Shown here: piece after piece, positions 1 to 10,800 of the stretch | How positions within the stretch are numbered: position 1 is the first letter of the stretch | Layout of the letters: every line of letters begins with the position of its first letter | Assembly (NCBI GenBank): GCA_963787835.1 | Contig: CAWBEI010000002.1 | Coordinates: forward strand, 256,001-320,000 | Source of the DNA: Ignavibacteriota bacterium | GTDB taxonomy: Bacteria > Bacteroidota > Ignavibacteria > Palsa-1295 | DNA length: 64,000 nt | Direction of reading: 5' to 3' | Notes under the pieces: model-generated | Told to the model about the DNA's origin: nothing | What the model saw: the letters and a program-made list of their open reading frames with translations, nothing else | Databases searched by the model: none | Made by a program: the position numbers and the translations under genes

Positions 1-467
1 GGACTGGCTGCTGTTGATGTCAATGAAACGGTCTGAGCAGCAGACCACAAATTGCTGTGCGCAAGGTTCAGTGCTAGGTTCGACGTAATTCCATTGCCCG
101 TGAGCAAGGCATCCGTCGAGAATGCAGTCCACCCGACAACACTGCTGTTGTTGGTAGTTGAAAACGTGTTGGCCGTTCCTGGGGTTAGGTCCGTGACGGG
201 GGTGGGAATCACCCAGCTACATCCGCCGGTCGTGGTATTCGTAATCTGAAGCACTCCGCTGGCATTCGTGCCAGGGAACATGACAGGAATGCTTGCGCTC
301 AAGGTCGGGGAAGAGATCGTCAGGGTATTCGTAAGATCCGTTCCGTTCCCAGCAAGCGTGATCGATTTCGCATACATCTTATCGAACGCTTGCGCATAAC
401 TCCCCTGGCTCGTGCCAAGCAGAATGAGCACAATGGCTGCGACTCCAATAATGATCTTATGCGTCAT
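1..467 (-). CDS. Secreted fibre-like protein, paralogue of the array (3' end runs off the window; missing from ORF track)
   Basis: Manual translation from ATG at 467: MTHKIIIGVAAIVLILLGTSQGSYA-QAFDKMYAKSITLAGNGTDLTNTLTISSPT...GGCSW...LAHSNLWSAAQT, open to position 1; N-terminal module matches the neighbouring genes. Confidence 0.85.
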   Translation of the reverse strand, partial: MTHKIIIGVAAIVLILLGTSQGSYAQAFDKMYAKSITLAGNGTDLTNTLTISSPTLSASIPVMFPGTNASGVLQITNTTTGGCSWVIPTPVTDLTPGTANTFSTTNNSSVVGWTAFSTDALLTGNGITSNLALNLAHSNLWSAAQTVSLTSTAAS

Positions 468-473
468 GGCCGT

Positions 474-1814
474 TCAAAATTCTATCACCGTGATCGTTAC
501 GTTGTTGATGCTCGACGTAAAGGAAGTGGCTTCCGCCGTTAGATCAAGATCGATCCAGTAGGTGTTTGTGGATGACAATCCGGTAACAACGCTGGTTGCA
601 CTGAAAAAAAAGTAGTTGTCCGCGCTATAACTCTGCTCGGAAACCAAAGAGCCAGTGGTGGTTCCCACAGGGCCTGTGGTTTGGTAGGTCGGGGCAGCAC
701 CGGTCCCGAAGCAGATCTGTGCAGTCGAAATATCCGGGGGATTTCCGCTGCTGTTCCACAAATTCCCGGTGGCGATAATGAGCACCGTACCACTGAGCGA
801 CGGTTTGAAGGTCGCAGTCCCCCCAAATCCAAGCATAACATTATCTTTACTGTTCGTAGTCACATACGGGCCAGCGGTGAAGGTAAAGTTCGTGGCATTG
901 GGTGCGCCGGAAATAAAATTCGTACCGTCGGACCGAAGAATATTCCCGCTTGCGCCAGCCGACGCGGGGTAGGTTGCTGTGGAGGGAACGAAGTCCGTGC
1001 CGTTCCCGATCAACAGAGTTCCATTCGCCGCTGCGCCGTTAACTTTAATACCCGTGCCAAAACTTAATACTCCGCTGCCGGGGTCCGTCGGGGATGCAAT
1101 CCCGAGCGTGGCGCCACTGCTTGAAAAAAGATCGAAATCCGATGAATACCCGCCCGTACCGTTTTGTTGATCCTCGATGTCGAGATAGGAAGAGGTCGGA
1201 CTGCTGGAAGAATTGACAGGCACCACCTGCGCGATCCAGTCGATCGCTTCGCTCGAACCACCCCATCCCCGACCGTTCCAATGCAGGCGCGGCGAATATT
1301 CCTGCGTACCGGATGCTGCGGGAGTAGTATTGCTAAGCACAATTCCATCGGTCGAAGTGGCGCCGATGCTTTGAGATGAACCTTGCGCGGCCGTCCAGAC
1401 ATTCGTATGCGTGAGAATCATCGCAAGCGCCGTACTGACCCCGTTTCCGGTCAGCGTTACGCCATCGACGCCGAGCGAAGCCCATGCGATAGCGCTGCTG
1501 TTGTTGGTGATGAGAAACTGGTTTGCAGAACCGGTTGGAATATCACCCACAGGAAGCCCACTCCACGATAGCCCGCCGGAACCATTATTGACGAGCGCAC
1601 CCGCTGCGTTCGATGCCGGAAGCGTGAGTGTGATCGAACTGGTGGGGGTAGCTGCTGAGATCGTGAGCTTATTCGCCGTGCTCGTGCCGCCGCCAGCGAG
1701 AATGAGCGATTGAGCATATTTTTTATCGTACGCCTGGGCGCCAGCTCGCGTCGATATCCCTGCCGCAAATGCGAGCAGGGCTAAGCCAACCACGGCAAGG
1801 TTATTCACTTTCAT
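474..1814 (-). CDS. Secreted fibre-like protein, 446 aa, head type 1 (ends TVIEF)
   Basis: Signal peptide ending RAGA-Q; conserved N-module AYDKKYAQSLILAGGGT...GGLSW; NVWTAAQ motif; beta-rich C-terminal domain similar to that of 2461-4149. Confidence 0.85.
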   Translation of the reverse strand: MKVNNLAVVGLALLAFAAGISTRAGAQAYDKKYAQSLILAGGGTSTANKLTISAATPTSSITLTLPASNAAGALVNNGSGGLSWSGLPVGDIPTGSANQFLITNNSSAIAWASLGVDGVTLTGNGVSTALAMILTHTNVWTAAQGSSQSIGATSTDGIVLSNTTPAASGTQEYSPRLHWNGRGWGGSSEAIDWIAQVVPVNSSSSPTSSYLDIEDQQNGTGGYSSDFDLFSSSGATLGIASPTDPGSGVLSFGTGIKVNGAAANGTLLIGNGTDFVPSTATYPASAGASGNILRSDGTNFISGAPNATNFTFTAGPYVTTNSKDNVMLGFGGTATFKPSLSGTVLIIATGNLWNSSGNPPDISTAQICFGTGAAPTYQTTGPVGTTTGSLVSEQSYSADNYFFFSATSVVTGLSSTNTYWIDLDLTAEATSFTSSINNVTITVIEF

Positions 1815-2014
1815 GTGTTAGTGTACGATCCTGCGAATGATGTGGAACATCCCAGGACTTGGGGAAAAATCGTTCTTTCGATCAATTGCCAACGTTCGAG
1901 CAGCAATAAGCGAGTTATGCCATCCCCTGATTCAGCAACCTGATATCAAACGCTCTGGGGTGGTAATAGGTTTTCAGCCATTGTACAGTTCATAGAATGA
2001 AAATATTCCTATTG

Positions 2015-2446
2015 CTATTCAAGTTCAAACTGCTGCCATTGATGATCGAACCCGAACATTAGCAAATGAGTCTGCTGCCCTAACATTCCTTTTACCTGGG
2101 GATGATCGGATCGGTCAAAGAACAGCCGGAAAAACATTCTATTATGTGCGGAATTATCGCAAATCAGGATAAGGAATGTTCCGGGAGCCACATTATCCGT
2201 AGGAAGATAAACCGATACCACTCGGCTCGGCGTATCGTTTAACACCGGCAATCCGTTCAGCAAGTGCTGAACAGGCGGATAGGAATTAAGTTCTTTATCT
2301 TCGGTGAGTGTATATTGTGCCGAAGGAAATACAAAAGGCCCGCCGCCCGATGAAACGGAGATCGGAGGCGGAATCGTGCGCGGTGCGGAGCAACCGCTCC
2401 ACACACAGGTTGCAACAGTGAAAAGCCCTGCCGCCATTCTAGACAT
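2015..2446 (-). CDS. Small putative lipoprotein, 143 aa, stand-alone fibre-head-like domain
   Basis: ATG at 2446 with GAGGA 9 nt upstream; MSRMAAGLFTVATCVWSG-C lipobox-like signal; C-terminal PGTFLILICDN...LLMFGFDHQWQQF resembles head type 2; the ORF-track start (2536) overlaps the upstream gene. Confidence 0.6.
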   Translation of the reverse strand: MSRMAAGLFTVATCVWSGCSAPRTIPPPISVSSGGGPFVFPSAQYTLTEDKELNSYPPVQHLLNGLPVLNDTPSRVVSVYLPTDNVAPGTFLILICDNSAHNRMFFRLFFDRSDHPQVKGMLGQQTHLLMFGFDHQWQQFELE

Positions 2447-2460
2447 GTAGGGCAATCCTC

Positions 2461-4149
2461 TTATGGCAGTTCTATAACCGTGAACTGCACATTGTTCAAG
2501 GCCGAGCCCTGGCACCCACTCGCCCAGGTAGTCCAACCGTCAATCCAATAGGAGTGACCAACGGTCAAGCCGCTAACATAGGCGCTGACACAGAACGGCG
2601 CCTGCTCATCATGCTGACCAGACTCGACAGAAATAGTGCAAAGAGGTCCTAATGACGTTGCTGTTGAAGTAGCTGGTGTGGTACCCGCATGAGTTGGTGC
2701 TACATTCGTGGCGGCATCCTCATAATACATTTGGACCGCCGCTAAGGCGGTGGCTGTGCTGCTGCTGCTATTGGACATAAACAAATTTCCGGTGATGTTT
2801 ATGAGAAACCTTCCCGTCGATTTTGGCGTGAACGTATAGCTAGCCGAGTGTGAAAGCCCGACCCATTGCCCACTGGTCGTGGTATCATTACCTGGAGATG
2901 CGATGTTCGTGGACTGGTTATAATACTGCGGCGGTGAAGTGCTGCTGTTCCACTGCATGGTCACGGTATTACCCGTGATGTTTGAAACCTCCATTAATTG
3001 GCCGACTGCAGTAGGACCAGCAGCGGGAAGGATGTACGTGTATCCCGTAGTAGCCGCACCACCCTGAATCGTGGTTACAGTGGTTCCCGCCGTGGAATTT
3101 GCAAGGGCAAGAGATCCAGTCGTCGATGCAGCCTTGCCAAGGGTAAGCGCACCGGCAGAAGAAACCGACCAGTTCGAACTGGTGCCGAGGATATCCGTAT
3201 TGGTCGTCCCACCGGTAACATTGAGCGTGAGTCCGGTATTCGTTGCCGTGGTACCACTCCACGATCCGGTGGAACTTAAAGAAAGACCGGTCTTCGCAAT
3301 GCTTGTCGTGCTGCTGGTTGCATCGTTCAGGATGGTCGCTTCAGTGAAGGCGGTCGTCTTAGCAGGAGCGCCAGCCGTAACATCGAACCCTGCGCTGGTT
3401 TGCGCGGTGTATTGATTCGCGATAAAAGCGCCAGTCACGTCAGCAGCGACCAGCGAACGGAACGTTGGTGCCCCTGCTGATCCATTTGGCGCAGCAAATA
3501 CTGTGTTCGCCGCCTCAGAAGCCAGCGTGCCTGTTAATGTGCCCGTCGTAGTGACTGGGGAACCTGATATGGTAAAGATCGAGGGAAGTGCAAGGGCTAC
3601 GCTTGTCACGCCGGTATTAGCTATGGAGATGGAGCCGACGCCGTTCGTCACCGATACTCCGGTTCCTGCTGTAAGAGTGGTGAGCGAGTAATTCGTACCA
3701 TTCCCGATGAGCAGCTGACCGTTCGTAGGTGTCGTCGTCAGCCCCGTGCCGCCATTAGCGACCGGCAGTGCTGTGCCAGAAAGGGTTAACGCAAGCGTGC
3801 CGTTACTCGTGATCGGAGAACCACTGATCGAAAGGAAACTCGGAACCGTCATAGCAACTGAAGTGACAGTACCAATCGCCGACGTGGACCACGTTAGCCC
3901 ACCCGTTGTAGTATTAGAAACAAGGGCCAAACCGGTGGAACCCGGCAACGCCGCTGGCAGGGTAAGCGAGAAAGCTGTAGTCGGCGTCGGAGCAAGGATG
4001 GTGACCGTATGAACAACATCCGCCTGACTCCCTGCGAGCGTGATCGATTTAGCATACTCTTTATCCACTGCTTGTGCATGGGCACGCCCAGCCATGCCCA
4101 CTACCGCAGCGAGCATGATCAAATATACAAAGAAATGTTTGGTCTTCAT
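2461..4149 (-). CDS. Secreted fibre-like protein, 562 aa, head type 1 (ends TVIELP)
   Basis: Signal peptide RAHA-Q; N-module AVDKEYAKSITLAGS...GGLTW; GTVTSV and LPVANGGTG fibre motifs. Confidence 0.88.
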   Translation of the reverse strand: MKTKHFFVYLIMLAAVVGMAGRAHAQAVDKEYAKSITLAGSQADVVHTVTILAPTPTTAFSLTLPAALPGSTGLALVSNTTTGGLTWSTSAIGTVTSVAMTVPSFLSISGSPITSNGTLALTLSGTALPVANGGTGLTTTPTNGQLLIGNGTNYSLTTLTAGTGVSVTNGVGSISIANTGVTSVALALPSIFTISGSPVTTTGTLTGTLASEAANTVFAAPNGSAGAPTFRSLVAADVTGAFIANQYTAQTSAGFDVTAGAPAKTTAFTEATILNDATSSTTSIAKTGLSLSSTGSWSGTTATNTGLTLNVTGGTTNTDILGTSSNWSVSSAGALTLGKAASTTGSLALANSTAGTTVTTIQGGAATTGYTYILPAAGPTAVGQLMEVSNITGNTVTMQWNSSTSPPQYYNQSTNIASPGNDTTTSGQWVGLSHSASYTFTPKSTGRFLINITGNLFMSNSSSSTATALAAVQMYYEDAATNVAPTHAGTTPATSTATSLGPLCTISVESGQHDEQAPFCVSAYVSGLTVGHSYWIDGWTTWASGCQGSALNNVQFTVIELP

Positions 4150-4191
4150 GTATTAATTTTTACCGTTAATTCCGAAGATCTGACAGGATGC

Positions 4192-7100
4192 TTATTTGGA
4201 TGAGACCACTCTCCACCCGCCGGTAGTATTATAGGTGGAATCATAGATCAATGTCAATATTCCGTCGGGCGCGAGGATCAGGCTATTACCGCTACCACCG
4301 ACGAGATGAATCACGTCCCCAGCCGTACCTGCATCACTATTGAAAGTGATATTATAACTGCCCGTATTCACTAGGATCATGACGCGACCGTCCGCGCCAC
4401 CTGTGATACCGTTTACAGTAGCTCCCGACGGACCTCCTGCGGAAATTTTGAAATAGCTGTTGGTTGTGCTTAACGCCCAGGCATTAGTGCTGCTACCGCT
4501 GGTTAGTTGCGTTGGGCTGTTAGAAGTCAGCGCCGCGCCACCGAATGTTTGGGTACCGGTCCAGGTGTTAGCATTGGTAAGATTGATGCCGAGTTCATGC
4601 GCTGCAACGGTGCCTACCTGCAAGGTTGCATCGTAATTGAGCACATCCGCATTCAGGGTTTTATTAGCGGTGGAACTATTCACCGAACTCACAAGCGCTG
4701 CAGCCTGCGCCGCCGTCGTTGGGAGGGTTTGTGTACCGGTCCAAGTATTAGCATGAGTGACATCAAGCGTGAGCGTAGTGGTTCCACCAAGGGCAACCGA
4801 ACCGCCGCCGGCCAAACCAGAACCCGCCGTGACCGTAAGGCTCGGATTTGCAAGTGCTGAGTTCGGAACCGCAGAAGCGTTGATCGTCACCGCGCCTGTT
4901 CCTCCGCTTAAGCTGATACCCGTGCCAGCGACTGCGGAAGTTACACCTGTATTAGAAAGTGTTACCGTACCGCCAAGCGAAACCGGCGAACCCGATACCC
5001 CAAGACCCGTACCGCCTGTCACCGTGATGCTCGAATTGGCAAGCGCAGAGTTCGGAACCGACGTCGCGTTGACCGTGATCGACCCAGCGCCGTTCGTGAT
5101 TGAAATTCCCGTGCCACTCGTAAGTGTTCCAAGCGAAAGAGTATTACCCGTCGTGTTGCCGATCAGCAACTGGCCGTTCGTGTAAGAGGTCTGACCCGTG
5201 CCGCCATTGGCAACCGGAAGGGCTGTGCCCGAAAGTGTTACTCCAAAGGTGCCACTTGATGTAATCGTTGCAGGAGAAACGGAAAGAAATGTTGGAACCG
5301 TCATGCCGACCGAAGTGACCGACCCGCTATTCGTAGTATTCAGCACTGTACCCGTAAAACTGAGACCCGAGCCAAGCGTGATTTCCTCCGGAACCTGATT
5401 TGTAGAGGCCGTCGGATTACCGAGTAGCGTAGTGTGCGTCTCGCTCTGCATCTTGGCATAAGTAACCTTATTCGCCCCGATCGTAATGAGACCGGCATCG
5501 GTAATCGTCGCATCACCGCTCATTGCAACAGGGTTCCACGCAGGTGTGGATGAATTATAGATGAGCATGTTTGCATCTGCCACGCTTGCCATCGAACCGA
5601 GTGGGGATCCGTTGATCTTCTTTACAGCCGTTGTGCCCTGCGGTCCCGTTACATCACCGGCGAGATTACCACTGAAATTCGTTGCCGTAGTTCCTGCGGG
5701 AAGCGTCACGGTTCCCGTGAAGTTCACCGTGCCAGCAACCGTAGTGTTGCTCGGGCCGGTGTTATTGCCAATGTTAATGTTCATGGCACCGGAGGTATCG
5801 CCAATATTGATAGGATTCGTACCGGTCACATCGATATCGGTCGCTCCTCCCGTTGTGCGCAGCGTTCCAGTGTTGTTAAAGCTGGTATTCGAGGTCAGTG
5901 TGGTGAAAGCACCCGTGCCTGGAGTGGTTGCACCGACCGTGCCATTGAATGCTCCCGCGATGTTGTTGCTCGCGTTCGTGGCTGTGACGGCACCGGTGAG
6001 CGTTGAAGCATTGGTAACCGTGAGGCCTGTGCCTGCGCCATTGAAGGTAGCATCTCCGCCAACCGTCATGGCATTCGCTACGGCAAATGTTGTTGCATGA
6101 GAACCGTTGACCGTTGCCTGTGCTACGTGTGTCGAGGTGTTCTGAAGCGTCACGTCCTGCGTCATCATCGCGGTATCGGCAGTGGCCGAAGTAGCATCGC
6201 CGATGAAAATATCATTCTTCGCTAAACCGAGAGATGAGGAGGATAACGAACCTGCGGGAAGCGTCACCGTGCCAGTGAAGTTAACCGTGCCGGCAAGCGT
6301 GGTCACGCTCGGGCCGGTATTATTGCCAATGTTGATGTTCATGGCACCGGAGGTATCGCCAATATTGATGGGATTTGTGCCCGTCGTACTGATATCTGTC
6401 GTTCCCGTAGTGCGCAGCGTTCCGGTCGTTTGGATGCTTCCGGTCGTATTGATCACCGTCGAACCGCCGATATTGCCGGCGCCCGTGATCTGTGCTGCCG
6501 GATAGGTCAGTCCGCTCGGGAGCGTCTGTGACCATTGCGGCGTGCCGATCGGAGATGCCGCATTAGTGATAAGAACCGAATTAGCCGATGGGGCAAGTGG
6601 CGTAGCTACGTTGCTCGTATTGCCGACCAACATATATTGATTGGTAAGCCCGATAGAACCCGCTGTAACTGAACCGGAAGGTAACGTAACCGTGCCCGTG
6701 AAACTTACGGCACCGGCGAGATATGTGGTGCTGCTGTCGCCGGGACTGCCAGCGCTGCCGTTATTACCGATGGTAACCACACCGCCTGTGCCCGCAGTCG
6801 CATCGATACTCGTGTTCGCAGCCGGCGCTGAAGCCGGGCTGTTAATATTTGTGTTGCCATAGACATTGGTCGTGCTCGTGCTGTTACCAATGTTGTTCGT
6901 TCCACCCGTCGCGCTGTTATCAATATTGGTGGTCGGATTCGAACCGCTGTTATTGAGGCCACCACCGCTCGGTGTGAGGATTCCACCTGTGAAGCTTGCC
7001 TGACCGGTATTCGTAACATACCATGAATCACCTGTGATGTCATTCACACCGGAACCCGGCGTGGCAGCATTCGACAGGGTAAGCGGCGTTCCAGATCCAG

Positions 7101-7644
7101 CACCACTTGCTGGGGTGTTAATCGTTTGCTTAGCCGTCCATGTGTTAGAATTCGCAAGGTTGATACCAAGTTTATTTGAACTAACCGTCAATGTGGAATT
7201 GATGTTGAGGACATTAGCATCTAACGAGCCAACAGCAACTTGACCTGTTCCACTGCCATAGTTATTGAGCGCGCCAACAATATCCGTTCCAGCAGTATTT
7301 TCAATGACTGTCGCCAGGGAGGTTCCCCCAACATCACCGGATAAGTTCACAGTGAGTCCGGAGGCTGGGTTGGTCCAGCTAAGACCGCCCGTCGTGGTGT
7401 TCATGGTAAGGACATATCCGACAACGCCACCAGGCTCCGTGCCAGGGAACGTCAGCGTGAACGATCCTGCGGCCGGAGTCGCCGCCGAGATCGAAAGCGT
7501 GTGCTTCGTATCCGTCCCATTGCCGGCGAGGACCACCCCTGTGGCATGAACGGAATCGTAGGTTTGAGAAAAGGCGCGAGGGGCAATGCCAGCCAGTAAG
7601 GCAAGCGTCACCGCAACCGTCAAAAAAGTGATCTTGTTTTTCAT
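4192..7644 (-). CDS. Secreted fibre-like protein, ~1150 aa, head type 2
   Basis: Probable ATG at 7644 (MKNKITFLTVAVTLALLAGIAPRAFS-Q); three NTWTxxQ motifs, LPVANGGTG, VTYAKMQ..LLGNPT; ends GRVMILVN...LTLIYD...WRVVSSK. Confidence 0.88.
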   Translation of the reverse strand: MKNKITFLTVAVTLALLAGIAPRAFSQTYDSVHATGVVLAGNGTDTKHTLSISAATPAAGSFTLTFPGTEPGGVVGYVLTMNTTTGGLSWTNPASGLTVNLSGDVGGTSLATVIENTAGTDIVGALNNYGSGTGQVAVGSLDANVLNINSTLTVSSNKLGINLANSNTWTAKQTINTPASGAGSGTPLTLSNAATPGSGVNDITGDSWYVTNTGQASFTGGILTPSGGGLNNSGSNPTTNIDNSATGGTNNIGNSTSTTNVYGNTNINSPASAPAANTSIDATAGTGGVVTIGNNGSAGSPGDSSTTYLAGAVSFTGTVTLPSGSVTAGSIGLTNQYMLVGNTSNVATPLAPSANSVLITNAASPIGTPQWSQTLPSGLTYPAAQITGAGNIGGSTVINTTGSIQTTGTLRTTGTTDISTTGTNPINIGDTSGAMNINIGNNTGPSVTTLAGTVNFTGTVTLPAGSLSSSSLGLAKNDIFIGDATSATADTAMMTQDVTLQNTSTHVAQATVNGSHATTFAVANAMTVGGDATFNGAGTGLTVTNASTLTGAVTATNASNNIAGAFNGTVGATTPGTGAFTTLTSNTSFNNTGTLRTTGGATDIDVTGTNPINIGDTSGAMNINIGNNTGPSNTTVAGTVNFTGTVTLPAGTTATNFSGNLAGDVTGPQGTTAVKKINGSPLGSMASVADANMLIYNSSTPAWNPVAMSGDATITDAGLITIGANKVTYAKMQSETHTTLLGNPTASTNQVPEEITLGSGLSFTGTVLNTTNSGSVTSVGMTVPTFLSVSPATITSSGTFGVTLSGTALPVANGGTGQTSYTNGQLLIGNTTGNTLSLGTLTSGTGISITNGAGSITVNATSVPNSALANSSITVTGGTGLGVSGSPVSLGGTVTLSNTGVTSAVAGTGISLSGGTGAVTINASAVPNSALANPSLTVTAGSGLAGGGSVALGGTTTLTLDVTHANTWTGTQTLPTTAAQAAALVSSVNSSTANKTLNADVLNYDATLQVGTVAAHELGINLTNANTWTGTQTFGGAALTSNSPTQLTSGSSTNAWALSTTNSYFKISAGGPSGATVNGITGGADGRVMILVNTGSYNITFNSDAGTAGDVIHLVGGSGNSLILAPDGILTLIYDSTYNTTGGWRVVSSK

Positions 7645-7780
7645 TGCACTATTCTGAATCATATGGTTGGGACCCTGCTCGCGCACAACGTCCCCTGAAA
7701 ATTAAATTCCAAAAAATCGTTCAACTACTAATAACCGTGTCGTGATCTATTGGAAAAAGATCCCGAGGATCCGGGCCGCA

Positions 7781-7806
7781 GCAGCACATCGTTGATGATG
7801 TGCTGC
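7781..7806. terminator. Intergenic stem-loop (terminator or mRNA-stabilising hairpin) between fibre genes
   Basis: Perfect 10-bp stem GCAGCACATC / GATGTGCTGC with 6-nt loop; a weaker hairpin followed by TTTTT lies just downstream on the minus strand (~7754-7775). Confidence 0.45.
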
Positions 7807-7872
7807 AATGCGCGACCCGATCTCTTCGATATTCATTTCCATTACTCTTATCCTTCGATGCGTCGATCGCGA

Positions 7873-10800
7873 TTACTCCGCACCGATAAGACGCCACTTC
7901 GAACCGTCATAGATGAGCGTGACGGATCCACCGGGTGTCATAATCACATCACCGCCGTTAAGGACAAGGCTACCGTTGCTATGCAGCGTGATGTTGTTCG
8001 TTGGGTCGGTATTCACAAGCGTGATGATCTGACCCGCCGTCGTATTCGCACCCGTAATACTGTTAACCGTAACCGGCGCTGCCGTAGCTGTTAGCAGGTA
8101 AGCCGAATTGCTGGTGGTAAGCGTAAGCGTTGCCGCTGCAGCAACCGTTGCAGACGAAAGAGCCGTGCTTCCGAGGGTTGTCTGGCCAACCGCCGTAAGA
8201 GTTCCATTTAGCTGCGTAGCGTTCGTAACGGTAAAGCCACTTGCGCCGCTTGCTGCGGAAACAGTTACCTTCCCAACATCAGGTGTACCCGCCGTGAAAA
8301 CGATCCCGGCATCACCCGTCATCCCAACGTCCTCGGCATCACTGCTGGCATTGCCAACAAACAGATGACTGGTCGTCAGGCTAAGTGAACTCGGCGTTAC
8401 CGAACCCGCAGGCAACTTGACGGTACCTGTAAAATCGACATTGCCAGTAAGATTTACATCGCCATTGATGGTGGTTAAGCTGCTATCGAGTGTTCCGATT
8501 GTATGAGCTGTCCCGTTGTTACCAATGTTGATGTTTCCGAGCGTTGTTCCTGTACCCGCGTTAATGTTCGTGGTTCCCGTTGCACCGGCTGGGGACGGTA
8601 CATCGATCGTCGTGTTGCCCGTCGAGGTAACCGTGGAGAACGTCTGCAACGTGCTCCAGGAGTTACTATAAGCATCGTTGATGCTCAAGGTCGTACCAGA
8701 GCCAAGAACTGCAGAACCTCCACCGGAAAGTCCCGAACCGGCAGTGACCGTCGTCGCATCGTTCGCAAGATCGCCGTTCGTAACAGCCGAAGGTTGGATG
8801 GTCGTTTTGCCGGTGTTGTCAATATGCACATCACCACTCATCGCAACGCCTGTCGCTATGCTGGGAGTCGCGCCGTTGCCAACGAAGATGTCGGCAGAGG
8901 CAAGGCCGAGGTTAAGATCGCCGGCCGGGATATTCACGGCACCCGTGAAATTCACTGCGCCGGCGATATTCGTCGTGCTGCTGTCGCCAGGGTTTCCGAC
9001 GCTACCGTTGTTACCAATGTTGATCACGCCCTCGCTGCCCACTCCAGCATCGAGGTTTGTCGTGGAATTTACGATGCTGCCGGTAGTTGAGTTGTTAATG
9101 TTCGTATTCGCACCGTTGATCGTCGTCGTGCTACCAGTACCAGATGAGCCGATCGTGTTCGAGATATTGGAGGCATTACCATCCGATGTGTTCACGCCAC
9201 CGTTGAAGGTCGCTACACCCGTGTTTGTAACGTTCCATGTGTTGCCAGTGCCGCTAACATCGAGTGACGTGCCTGAAACATCCGTGTTATTCAAAGACAG
9301 CGCTGCACCCGCGACTCCGTTGGTACTACTCGAAGCCGTAAGCGTTGGGATCGTTAAGTCGCTTGGAAGCGTCGTTGCCCATTCTGGCGTGGTGTGGTCG
9401 CTTCCAGCTGTGATGAACACCGAATTGGAAGATGGCGCAAGTGGCGCAGCCACGTTCGGAGTTCCGTTGTTGCCTACAAAGATGTTCTCATACGCAAGGC
9501 CGAGGTTAAGATCGCCGGCAGGAATATTAACCGCGCCAGTGAAATTAACCGTGCCAGCCATATTCGTCGTGCTGCTGTCGCCAGGGGTTGTCCCACCGTT
9601 GTTACCGATGTTGATCACACCTTCAGTGCCAGTTCCCGCATCGATGTTAGTCGTCGAGTTTACGACCGTATTGGCAGGCGAGTTGTTGAGGTTGGCATTC
9701 CCCGTCTCAGTCAAACCACCATTGAACGTCTGCAAGGTGCTCCAGGTGTTCCCATAAGCATCGTTAATGCTCAAGGTCGTACCAGAGCCAAGAACTGCAG
9801 AACCTCCACCGGAAAGTCCCGAACCGGCAGTGACCGTCGTCGCATCGTTCGCAAGATCGCCGTTCGTAACAGCCGAAGGTTGGATGGTCGTTTTGCCGGT
9901 GTTGTCAATATGTACGTCACCGCTCATCGCAACGCCTGTTGCTATGCTGGGAGTAGCGCCGTTGCCAACGAAGATGTCGGCAGAGGCAAGGCCGAGGTTA
10001 AGATCGCCCGCTGGGATATTCACCGTTCCAGTGAAATTAACTGCACCAGCAAGATAGGTTGTGCTGCTGTCGCTGTAAGGAGGTGTAGCACCGGCAGTGC
10101 CGTTGTTACCAATCGTGACGACCCCCATCGAGCCCGTCGCGTCGATGTCTGTATTATTATCCGGCCCTGTTGCTGGGCTGTTAATATTCGTGTTGCCCAG
10201 CACAGTGGTCGTGCTCGGGCCGGCGCTATTGCCAATGTTAATGTTCATGGCGCCGGAGGTATCACCAATATTGACAGGACTCGTACCCGTCGTATTGATA
10301 TCTGCCGCTCCTCCTCCAGTAGTGCGAAGGATTCCGGTTGTCTGGATGCTACCCGTCGTGTTGATAACCGTCGAACCGCCGATATTGCCAGCGCCGGTGA
10401 TCTGTGCAGCCGGGTAGGTCAATCCGCTCGGAAGCGTCTGAGACCATTGCGGCGTGCCGATCGGAGATGCCGCATTGGTGATAAGAACCGAATTGGCCGA
10501 TGGCGCAAGTGGCGTAGCATCGTTGCTTGTATTACCAACCAACATGTATTGATTGGTAAGCCCGATCGAACCTGCCGTGACCGAGCCGGAAGGCAATTGA
10601 ACCGTTCCAGTGAAATCAACCGCACCGGCGAGATACGTCGTGCTGCTATCTCCGGAACCAGTGCCATTATTACCAATTGTTACGACGCCCTTATCGCCAG
10701 TCGCATCAATGTCGGTGTTAGCATCCGGCCCCGTAACTGGGCTGTTAATATTCGTGTTGCCATAGACATTGGTTGTGCTCGTGCTGTTACCAATGTTGTT

